Part shown: positions 16,645 through 23,754 of the stretch, piece by piece | Layout: each line of letters begins with the position of its first letter | How positions within the stretch are numbered: the first letter of the stretch is position 1 | Assembly: GCA_964291495.2 (NCBI GenBank) | Contig: OZ219873.1 | Coordinates: 1-28,321 of the forward strand | Origin: Dehalococcoidia bacterium | Lineage (GTDB): Bacteria > Chloroflexota > Dehalococcoidia > UBA2979 | Direction of reading: 5' to 3' | Length of the DNA stretch: 28,321 nucleotides | Notes under the pieces: generated by a model | What the model was told of the DNA's origin: nothing | Databases searched by the model: none | The model's input: only the letters and a program-made list of their open reading frames with translations | Program-made: the position numbers and the translations under genes

Positions 16645-19332
16645 CTACCCGAGCGTCAGCGGATCAATGTCGACGACCCAGCCGGCGGGGAACTCGATGT
16701 CGCGCAGCAACTCGGCGGGGTCAGGCGCGCGTACGAGCAGGGCCCAGCGGTGGCGGCCCCGGACTCGGGCGAGCGGCGGCGGGGCCGGGCCCAGCACCTC
16801 GATGTTCGGCAGGCCGGCGGCGACGCGCTCCAGCTCCGCACTCATGCGCCGCGCCTCCTCGGCCGCGTAGTCGCCGCGGGCGTGCGAGAAGACGAGCCGG
16901 GCGAGCCGCTGAAACGGCGGGTAGCCGTACTCCGCGCGCCACGGCAGCTCCTCTTCGAAGAAGCCGTCCACGTCGTGGCGCTCGAGGGCCTCGATCGCGG
17001 GGTCCTCGGGAGACAGCGTCTGCACAATCACGCGGCCGTGGCGATCGGCGCGGCCGGCGCGTCCGGCGACCTGCTCCAGCAGTTGGAAGGTGCGCTCGCG
17101 CGCCCGGAAGTCCCCGCCGTGCAACCCGTAGTCCGCGAGCACCACGCCCACGAGCGTGATGAGCGGCAGATCGAGGCCCTTCGCGATCATCTGCGTGCCG
17201 ACCAGCACGTCGATCTCGTGACGTTGCATGCGCCCGAAGATCTCCTCGTGCTGCTCGCGGCGGCGGGCGGTGTCGCGATCCCAGCGCTCGACGCGCGCGG
17301 TCGGGTAGAGGCTGCGCACCGCGCGCTCCACGGCCTGCGTGCCCGCGCGGGCACGGCTGAGCGTCCCCTCGCACTCGAGGCAGCGGGGCGGCACGCGGCG
17401 CGAGCGGCTGCACTGGTGGCAGACCAGCCGGCCGGGCGGGTCGTGCAGGGTCAGCGAGACGTCGCAGCTGCTGCAGACGGGCGAGTGCCCGCGCGGGCAG
17501 AGCAGGAAGCCGGCGAGGCCGCGGCGGTTGAGGAAGAGCAGCGCCTGCTCCTCGCGGTCCAGCGTTTCCCCGAGGGCCTGCACGAGCTCACCGGAGAAGA
17601 GCTCGCGCTGCCCCCGCGCGTCGACGATCTCGACTGCGGGCAGGCTCTCGTCGGGCCAGACCTGCGTCGCCCCGTCCGGCTGCCGCACCGCGCGCATCCG
17701 CCGAGGCAGATCGAGGCGCCGGATGCGGCCCTCCGCGGCCGCGTGCCAGCGCTCCGCGTCCGGCGTGGCGGTGCCGAAGACCAGCGCCGCGCCGTTCAGC
17801 TCCGCGATCCGCTCGGCGACCGTGCGCGCGTCGTAGCGCGGCGCCGGGTCCGCCTGCTTGTAGGTCCACTCGTGCGCCTCGTCGATCACGATCAGCCCGA
17901 GGTCCGGCTGAGGCGCGAAGATCGCCGAACGCGAGCCGATCACCACGTCGTACTCGCCCTCGGCGATGGCGTGCCACTCGTCGTAGCGCTCCCCCGCGCT
18001 GAGGCCGGAGTGCAGCACGCCGACGCGGCCGGGGAAGCGTTCGGCGAAGCGCGAGACGGTCGGCACGGTCAGCGCGATCTCGGGCACGAGCACGACCCCG
18101 CGCTTGCCCCGCTCGACCGCGTGTTGCAGCGCCGCGAGGTAGACCTCGGTCTTCCCGCTGCCGGAGACACCCGCGAGGAGCAGCGCCTCGCCGTTGCCGC
18201 GGTCGATCGCCTCGGTGATCGCGCGTGCCGCGGGGCGCTGTTCGAAGATCAGATCGGGTGGCGGACGCACGGCCACATCGAGGCTGCGCAGCGGATCGCG
18301 ACGGTCGAGCACCTCCTCGACCGTCAGCAGGCTCTCCTCGCGCAGCGTTGCCAGCGCCTCGCGTGCGGCGGTGCCGAACTCGCGCGCGAGTTCGCCGAGG
18401 GGCAGCGACAGCTCCGGCTCGCCGGCGAAGCGATCGAGCATCCGGGCCGCCGCGTCCTGAGCCCGCGTGCGCGTCCACTCGCGGATCCGGCCGGCCGCCT
18501 GCTCCGGCGATAGCGCGAGCGTCACGAGGCCGCGCCCGTCGACCTCGACCTCGCCGTCCTCGATCAGGGTCTCCACTGCCGGCTTGCCGCGCGCGATCTT
18601 CGCCAGCTCGTCGACTGCGATCGGTTCGGCGGCATCCAGCAGCGCCTGCAGCGCACGCGCGCGGCGCGAGGCGCGACGGCCCTCGATGCCCTGCGCGAAG
18701 CGCAGCGCGTGCTCCGGCTCGGCCACGAGGCGCACGACCTCGACGACGCGCGGGCGGCCGCTGGGGCGGCTCAGCTCGTAGCGCCGCTCGGCGAGGCCTC
18801 GACGGAGCAGCGCCGTGAGGGCGGCCTCGAAGGCGCGCGCCGCCACGCGCCCGGGTAGCGCCGCGCGCAGCCGGCCCGCCTCGCGCGGCGTCTCGTCGAG
18901 CAGGTCGTAGAGCTGCTGCTGGCGTTCGGAGAGCGCCTCCGGCGGATCGGCGGACCCGCGCAGCAGCAGCCGCCGCGGTCGCTCGCCCGCGCCGGGAGGC
19001 AGCATCAGCGCGTGCGCCTCCCAGGGCGGCGCGAGGTAGTAGTGCGCGATCCAGCGGGCCAGCTCGAGCTGGAGGTCGTTCAGCCTCGGGGCGCCCTCGA
19101 CGAGTGGATCGAGGTCGCGAATGTCGCCATGGTAGCCGCTGAAGCCTGTGGGTCCCTCGACGACGATGCCCTGCAGCGTGCGCTTCCCGAAGGGGACGTG
19201 CACCACCTCGCCCGCCTCGACCTCGCGTCCGGGCGGGACGCGGTAGGCAAAGGTCATGTCCGTGGGGCGTCCGGCGTTGACCGCGACCTGCACGTAGCGG
19301 TCGCGCTCCCGCGAGCGTGCGTGCGTGACCAT
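16645..19332 (-). CDS. priA: Primosomal protein N' (replication restart helicase)
   Basis: N-terminal VHVPFG, Walker A GVSGSGKTEVY, LVPEIALT, DEAH, TATP, LNRRG, Cys-rich region, GTQMIAKGLD, QVAGRAGR. Confidence 0.96.
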   Translation of the reverse strand: MVTHARSRERDRYVQVAVNAGRPTDMTFAYRVPPGREVEAGEVVHVPFGKRTLQGIVVEGPTGFSGYHGDIRDLDPLVEGAPRLNDLQLELARWIAHYYLAPPWEAHALMLPPGAGERPRRLLLRGSADPPEALSERQQQLYDLLDETPREAGRLRAALPGRVAARAFEAALTALLRRGLAERRYELSRPSGRPRVVEVVRLVAEPEHALRFAQGIEGRRASRRARALQALLDAAEPIAVDELAKIARGKPAVETLIEDGEVEVDGRGLVTLALSPEQAAGRIREWTRTRAQDAAARMLDRFAGEPELSLPLGELAREFGTAAREALATLREESLLTVEEVLDRRDPLRSLDVAVRPPPDLIFEQRPAARAITEAIDRGNGEALLLAGVSGSGKTEVYLAALQHAVERGKRGVVLVPEIALTVPTVSRFAERFPGRVGVLHSGLSAGERYDEWHAIAEGEYDVVIGSRSAIFAPQPDLGLIVIDEAHEWTYKQADPAPRYDARTVAERIAELNGAALVFGTATPDAERWHAAAEGRIRRLDLPRRMRAVRQPDGATQVWPDESLPAVEIVDARGQRELFSGELVQALGETLDREEQALLFLNRRGLAGFLLCPRGHSPVCSSCDVSLTLHDPPGRLVCHQCSRSRRVPPRCLECEGTLSRARAGTQAVERAVRSLYPTARVERWDRDTARRREQHEEIFGRMQRHEIDVLVGTQMIAKGLDLPLITLVGVVLADYGLHGGDFRARERTFQLLEQVAGRAGRADRHGRVIVQTLSPEDPAIEALERHDVDGFFEEELPWRAEYGYPPFQRLARLVFSHARGDYAAEEARRMSAELERVAAGLPNIEVLGPAPPPLARVRGRHRWALLVRAPDPAELLRDIEFPAGWVVDIDPLTLG

Positions 19333-19338
19333 GCCCCG

Positions 19339-19344
19339 ATGATA
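19339..19344 (-). promoter_or_regulatory. -10 element of a putative leaderless priA transcript
   Basis: TATCAT exactly 6 nt before ATG 19332. Confidence 0.55.
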
Positions 19345-19391
19345 CGTGCGGGAGCCGTGAGGTCAGGACTCGAGTGGCGCGGGCAGCAGGA

Positions 19392-19736
19392 CTAAGTGCG
19401 GCGCGCCTCGCGGACACGGGCCGCGCGGCCGGTGCGGCCTCGCAGGTAGTAGAGGCGCGAGCGGCGGACGCGCCCGCGGCGCGTCACCTTCACGCTCTCG
19501 ATGCGCTTGCCGTTGAAGGGGAAGGTGCGCTCGACACCGACGCCCGAGGCCATCCGCCGCACGGTGAAGCTGCCGTTCGGCCCCTTGCGCACGCGCAGCA
19601 CGACGCCCTCGAAGGCCTGGATGCGCTCACGCTCGCCTTCGACGACGCGCACGCTCACGCTGACGGTGTCGCCCGCCTTGAAGTCGGGGATGGTTTCGTT
19701 GCGCGGTGAGGCGAGTTCGCGCAGGTCGATCGACAT
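19392..19736 (-). CDS. rplS: 50S ribosomal protein L19
   Basis: [51 protein letters not shown]. Confidence 0.98.
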   Translation of the reverse strand: MSIDLRELASPRNETIPDFKAGDTVSVSVRVVEGERERIQAFEGVVLRVRKGPNGSFTVRRMASGVGVERTFPFNGKRIESVKVTRRGRVRRSRLYYLRGRTGRAARVREARRT

Positions 19737-19785
19737 ATCGGTTCCCGGAAGATGCGACCGGGCTCCCGCGGAGCCCTCTGCAGCA

Positions 19786-19791
19786 AGTCTA
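19786..19791 (-). promoter_or_regulatory. Putative -10 element (TAGACT) for rplS
   Basis: Same hexamer as the selB candidate, 49 nt upstream of the ATG; followed by the hairpin GGGCTCC-GCG-GGAGCCC. Confidence 0.5.
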
Positions 19792-19829
19792 TGGCGCGTT
19801 CGGCGATAGCGTCGAGCGAGCCCGCGGCC

Positions 19830-20000
19830 TCAGTCCATCAGCAGCGCGTACCCGCCGAGCGCGAGGACGGCGAGGATCAGCGCGGGCAGCCCGTTGCGCA
19901 GGCGGCGTTCAGGATCGGCCAGGCCGATCAGCCCGGTGATCGCGCTTACGGCCAGGCAGACGCCCCCGACGAGCAGTGCGTACTCCAACAAGTTCGTCAT
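19830..20000 (-). CDS. Small two-TM membrane protein, 56 aa (not in the ORF track)
   Basis: MTNLLEYALLVGGVCLAVSAITGLIGLADPERRLRNGLPALILAVLALGGYALLMD*; two hydrophobic helices joined by a basic loop; GC-rich third positions; TGC-TATAGT 6 nt upstream of the ATG. Confidence 0.75.
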   Translation of the reverse strand: MTNLLEYALLVGGVCLAVSAITGLIGLADPERRLRNGLPALILAVLALGGYALLMD

Positions 20001-20006
20001 ACGCGC

Positions 20007-20015
20007 ACTATAGCA
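20007..20015 (-). promoter_or_regulatory. Extended -10 (TGC-TATAGT) of a putative leaderless small-ORF transcript
   Basis: TGnTATAGT with 6-nt spacing to ATG 20000. Confidence 0.6.
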
Positions 20016-20024
20016 GTCCTCCGG

Positions 20025-20209
20025 GAGGCCTTTGCATAACCCTCTCCTCGGGCAGTGAGCGCATCCCTTCCGGTCCCCACTCCCCGCGGGAGAGGGTCAG
20101 GGTGAGGGAGGATCCGCCCTCTGGAGTTCGTTGCGCCGCCGGGGCTTTCGAAGGGGCGCGGGAGTCCTCCCCCTCACCCCCGCCCTCTCCCCAGGGAGAG
20201 GGGGCCGGA
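20025..20209. mobile_element. Second, inverted and one-end-truncated copy of the BoxC-like MITE
   Basis: 20052-20209 aligns by hand to the reverse complement of 9007-9165 with about 17 differences in 159 nt; begins with TIR-like GAGGCCTTTGCATAAC; the other TIR is absent next to the trmD stop. Confidence 0.78.
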
Positions 20210-20217
20210 GCGGGCTG

Positions 20218-20970
20218 CTACGAGGGCGCCTCGCCCGCATCGAGGCCGTCGCGCTCCTCGGGCGTGAGATCGGCCTCGGCGAGCAGGTCCGGGCGGCGTT
20301 CCAGGGTGCGCCGCAGACGCTGCGCGCGCCGCCAGCGCTCGATCTCCGCGTGGTGGCCGGAGAGCAGCACGTCCGGCACGGTCCAGCCGCGGAACTCGGC
20401 CGGGCGCGTGTACTGCGGATACTCCAGCAGGCCGCCCTCGAAACTCTCCTCCGCCAGCGACCCTTCGCCGCCCAGCACGCCGGGAATGCGCCGCACCAGC
20501 GCGTCGAGCAGCAGCAGCGCCGGCAGCTCCCCGCCCGAGAGCACGACGTCGGCGACCGAGACTTCGACGTCCACGAGCTGCTCGCGGACACGCTCGTCGA
20601 CGCCCTCGTAGCGGCCGCAGATCAGCAGCAGCCGCGGCAGCGCGGCAAGCTCGGCGACCAGGTCGCGATCGAGGCGGCGGCCCTGCGGCGTCAGCAGGGC
20701 GACGCTCGCGGGCGGCTCGGCGAGCTGCTGGATCGCCTCGACGGCCTCGAAGATCGGGTCCGGCTTCAGCACCATCCCGGGGCCGCCGCCGAAGGGGTAG
20801 TCGTCGACGGTGCGGTGGCGGTCGTGCGTCCAGTCGCGCAGGTCGTGCAGCGCGATCTCGACACGGCCGGCGTCGAGCGCGCGGCGCAGGATCGTCTCGT
20901 CCAGCGGGCCCCGGAAGATGCCCGGGAAGATCGTGAGGACGTCGTAGCGCCTGGCGTCGTCGGCGCTCAT
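20218..20970 (-). CDS. trmD: tRNA (guanine37-N1)-methyltransferase
   Basis: [65 protein letters not shown]. Confidence 0.98.
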   Translation of the reverse strand: MSADDARRYDVLTIFPGIFRGPLDETILRRALDAGRVEIALHDLRDWTHDRHRTVDDYPFGGGPGMVLKPDPIFEAVEAIQQLAEPPASVALLTPQGRRLDRDLVAELAALPRLLLICGRYEGVDERVREQLVDVEVSVADVVLSGGELPALLLLDALVRRIPGVLGGEGSLAEESFEGGLLEYPQYTRPAEFRGWTVPDVLLSGHHAEIERWRRAQRLRRTLERRPDLLAEADLTPEERDGLDAGEAPS

Positions 20971-20989
20971 CGCGGTCCGCCCGCCCCGA

Positions 20990-21514
20990 TCAGCCGGCGT
21001 GGGTGCCGGCGGGCGGGCGCTCCTCGGGCGCCTCGCGGAGCTGGGCGACGGCGTGCGCCAGCACCGGCAGCACCACCTCCAGGTTCTCCGTCGCGCCGCG
21101 CTCGCTGCCCGGCAGGTTGAGGATCAGCGTGCGCCCCCGCACCCCGGCGACCGCGCGCGAGAGCATCGCCGTCGGCACGGCGGCGATCGAGGCGGCGCGC
21201 ATCGCCTCGGCAATCCCGTCCACGCGGTAATCGAGCACGGCCTCGGTCGCCTGCGGCGTGCGGTCGCGCGGCGTCAGGCCGGTGCCACCCGCCGTCACGA
21301 CCAGCGCCGCGTCGTCCTTGTCGGCGCGATCGCGCAGCCAGGCCGCGATGCGATCCGGGTCATCGGGCAGCACGGCGGGCGCGGCGACCTCAAAGCCCGC
21401 GTCGCGCAGCAGCGCCGCGACCGCGGGGCCGGCGCGGTCTTCGAGCTCCCCGCGCGAGGCGCGGTCGCTCACGGTCAGTACGGCGGCGAGGCCGAGCGAT
21501 GCGGGGTCGGACAT
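20990..21514 (-). CDS. mog: Molybdopterin adenylyltransferase, MogA/MoaB family
   Basis: [42 protein letters not shown]. Confidence 0.92.
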   Translation of the reverse strand: MSDPASLGLAAVLTVSDRASRGELEDRAGPAVAALLRDAGFEVAAPAVLPDDPDRIAAWLRDRADKDDAALVVTAGGTGLTPRDRTPQATEAVLDYRVDGIAEAMRAASIAAVPTAMLSRAVAGVRGRTLILNLPGSERGATENLEVVLPVLAHAVAQLREAPEERPPAGTHAG

Positions 21515-21541
21515 GCTGCTTCCCTGCGGGCTCCGCCGTGG

Positions 21542-21550
21542 ATCGTAGCA
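21542..21550 (-). promoter_or_regulatory. Putative extended -10 (TGC-TACGAT) for mog-trmD
   Basis: TGnTAnnnT ending 27 nt upstream of the mog ATG in the divergent intergenic region. Confidence 0.45.
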
Positions 21551-21570
21551 GGGGTGGGTACATCGAGGCG

Positions 21571-21640
21571 GTGGGGGTGGTTGTCGAGCCGTGGTGCGTG
21601 TGGTAGTCTCGCGGGGCTAAGTGGGGTGAAATGGGAGAGA
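21571..21640 (+). promoter_or_regulatory. dcw promoter with MraZ-box-like GTGG repeats
   Basis: TTGTCG(21581)-17 nt-TAGTCT(21604) with TG extension; GTGG/GCGG/ATGG at 21571, 21591, 21600, 21611, 21621, 21631 (~10-bp period). Confidence 0.7.
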
Positions 21641-21685
21641 TTCCCAGATTGGCCCACGAATGAGGAACCAGCGTCGGAGGCTGCC

Positions 21686-22105
21686 GTGCACTTCTACGGC
21701 ACGTACGAGCACTCGCTGGACGACCGCGGCCGGGTCGCGATTCCGGCCGTCTATCGCCGCGAGCTGCAGGACGGGGGCGTACTCCGTCCCGCCGACGACG
21801 GCTGCCTCGAGCTCTACACGCACGAGAGCTTCACTGCGAAGACCGAAGAGGTGCTGGGCGACTCCGACACGCGCACGCGCATCGGCCGTCAGCGGCGCCG
21901 CGCCTTCCTCTCGCGCGCCTTCGGCTTCTCCCAGCTGGACCGGCAGGGCCGCATCGTGATCCCGCAGGAGATGCGCGAGCACGCCGGCCTCGCGGGCCGC
22001 GTCGCCCTCGTCGGGCTCGGCGACTACGTCGAGGTCTGGGACCTCGAGCGCTGGCAGGGCGCCGACGAGGCCGCCGCCGAGGCGGTTGCGGAGGGCGACG
22101 CATGA
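21686..22105 (+). CDS. mraZ: Transcriptional regulator MraZ
   Basis: FYGTYEHSLDDRGRVAIP, LDRQGRIVIP, GLGDYVEVWD (two DxxGR repeats); GTG start with GGAGG 5 nt upstream. Confidence 0.95.
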   Translation: MHFYGTYEHSLDDRGRVAIPAVYRRELQDGGVLRPADDGCLELYTHESFTAKTEEVLGDSDTRTRIGRQRRRAFLSRAFGFSQLDRQGRIVIPQEMREHAGLAGRVALVGLGDYVEVWDLERWQGADEAAAEAVAEGDA

Positions 22106-23076
22106 GCGCCGCCCCTTCCGCCAACCGGCAGTCGCTGCAGCACGAGCCCGTCATGGTGGCCCAGACCCTCGGGGGTCTCGCCGTGCGCCCCGGCGGGCGC
22201 TATATCGACGCGACCGCGGGCCTCGGCGGCCACGCCGAGGCGGTGCTCGAGGCGGCGCAGCCGGGCGGCTCGCTGCTGGGCATCGACGTGGACCCGCAGG
22301 CGCTGGCGGCCGCCGGCGAGCGGCTGGCGCGCTTCGGCAGCGCCGTGCTGCTGGTGCGCGGCCACTACCGCGACCTGGCGGCGATCGCCGCCGATCACGG
22401 ATTCGAGCGCGTCGAGGGCGTCCTCTTCGACCTCGGCGTCTCCTCGTTGCAGCTCGATGCGCCGGGGCGGGGCTTCTCGTTCCAGCGTGACGAGCCGCTG
22501 GACATGCGCATGGATCCGGACGCCGAGCTGACGGCGGCCGTGATTGTGAACGAGTACGGAGAAGGCGAGCTGGCGGAGTTGTTGCGTCGCTTCGGCGAGG
22601 AGCCGCGCAGCCGGGCGATCGCGAGAGCGATCGTCGCCGCCCGCCCGCTGCACACCACTGGCGAGCTGGCCGGCGCCGTCGCGCGGGTCGCAGGACGGGG
22701 CAGGGAACGTCGAACAATCAACCCCGCCACTCTGACGTTCCAGGCACTGAGGATCGCGGTGAACCAGGAGCTCGACTTCCTGGCTGACGCGTTGACTGCT
22801 GCCTGCGGCCTGCTCGACGGCGCCGGCGCTCGCCTGGTGGTGATCTCCTTTCACTCGCTGGAAGACCGGATCGTCAAGGACTTCCTCCGCCGGGAGTCGC
22901 AAGACTGCCTCTGCCCGCCGCGCAGCCCCGGCTGCGTCTGCGGCCACACGGCGAGCCTGCGACTGGTCACCCGGCGTGTACGCAGGCCCTCCGCCGCCGA
23001 GGTTGCTCGCAACCCCCGCGCCCGTTCGGCGCGGCTGCGGGTCGCCGAGGCGCTGGGCGAACAGGCGGCGGCCTGA
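22102..23076 (+). CDS. rsmH: 16S rRNA m4C1402 methyltransferase RsmH
   Basis: HEPVM, DATAGLGGH, DLGVSSLQLD, RGFSF, PLDMRMD, TFQALRIAVNQEL, ISFHSLEDRIVK, NPRARSARLR. Confidence 0.97.
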   Translation: MSAAPSANRQSLQHEPVMVAQTLGGLAVRPGGRYIDATAGLGGHAEAVLEAAQPGGSLLGIDVDPQALAAAGERLARFGSAVLLVRGHYRDLAAIAADHGFERVEGVLFDLGVSSLQLDAPGRGFSFQRDEPLDMRMDPDAELTAAVIVNEYGEGELAELLRRFGEEPRSRAIARAIVAARPLHTTGELAGAVARVAGRGRERRTINPATLTFQALRIAVNQELDFLADALTAACGLLDGAGARLVVISFHSLEDRIVKDFLRRESQDCLCPPRSPGCVCGHTASLRLVTRRVRRPSAAEVARNPRARSARLRVAEALGEQAAA

Positions 23077-23654
23077 TGGCCGCGCTGGTCAGCGCCCCGA
23101 GGCGCGGCGGTTTCCCCCCTCCCGCCGCGCCTCGGGACGTCCCCCGCCGCCGCGCCCCCGCACGCACGGCGGCGAAGCCCGCCCGATCATCACGCAAGAA
23201 CGCCTCACGCGAGGCGGCGAGGGAGCAGCTCCCCAGGCCGCGCAGCAGCGCCCTCGGACGTCTGCTGCGCGGCGTCTCCCTCCTGGTCGCCGTCGCGCTG
23301 CTGCTCGGACTCGCCGCCGCCGTCGGCTCGCTGCAGGTGCTGCAGAGCACCCGCACGGCCGAAGCCGGGTACGAGCTGCGCTCGCTGCAGGCGGAGCGCG
23401 CCGATTTGGGCGCGCGGCTGCGGCTGCTCGAGGCTGAGATCGCGCATCTCGCGGACCTCGACGCCGTCTACACCGACGCGACCACGCGGCTCGGCATGGT
23501 TCCCGCCGACCGCACGCTGAACGTGGCCGTGGGCGTGCCCGCGCCCTCGGTCATCCCGATGCCAGAACGCTACGTCCAGGAGATCGCGCCGCTCCCCACG
23601 GAAACCGAGCCGTGGTGGGAGCACCTGCTTGGGATCGTGACCGGCCTCAACTGA
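23076..23654 (+). CDS. FtsL-like cell division protein
   Basis: Sits between rsmH and the PBP gene; basic N-terminus, single TM, leucine heptad coiled coil, ATTRLGM motif. Confidence 0.75.
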   Translation: MAALVSAPRRGGFPPPAAPRDVPRRRAPARTAAKPARSSRKNASREAAREQLPRPRSSALGRLLRGVSLLVAVALLLGLAAAVGSLQVLQSTRTAEAGYELRSLQAERADLGARLRLLEAEIAHLADLDAVYTDATTRLGMVPADRTLNVAVGVPAPSVIPMPERYVQEIAPLPTETEPWWEHLLGIVTGLN

Positions 23655-23754
23655 ACCGGCCTCAACCGAACGGAGCGCGCCGGCCGGCCGCGAGCCCTGA
23701 GTGCGAGACGGCATTGCCCCGCCGCTTGTGCTCATCGAGGGGAGGGGATGGGCC

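Noticed and set aside
19976-20611. ORFs sharing peptides such as SPRERVRVRE and SPSPPPSPQGEG at two loci
   Set aside because: These are translations of the two MITE copies, not paralogous proteins.
20999-21685. 368-aa ORF suggesting an extended MraZ
   Set aside because: The extension is antisense to mog and crosses the promoter; the real start is GTG 21686 with a GGAGG RBS.
22900-22950. CLCPPRSPGCVCGH Cys cluster in RsmH
   Set aside because: A CxC...CxC insertion at this position is common in RsmH from Firmicutes and other phyla; not novel.
23640-23669. 15-bp tandem duplication ACCGGCCTCAAC(T/C)GA over the ftsL-like stop codon
   Set aside because: Real, but most simply a slippage duplication; there is no element between the copies and no coding effect.
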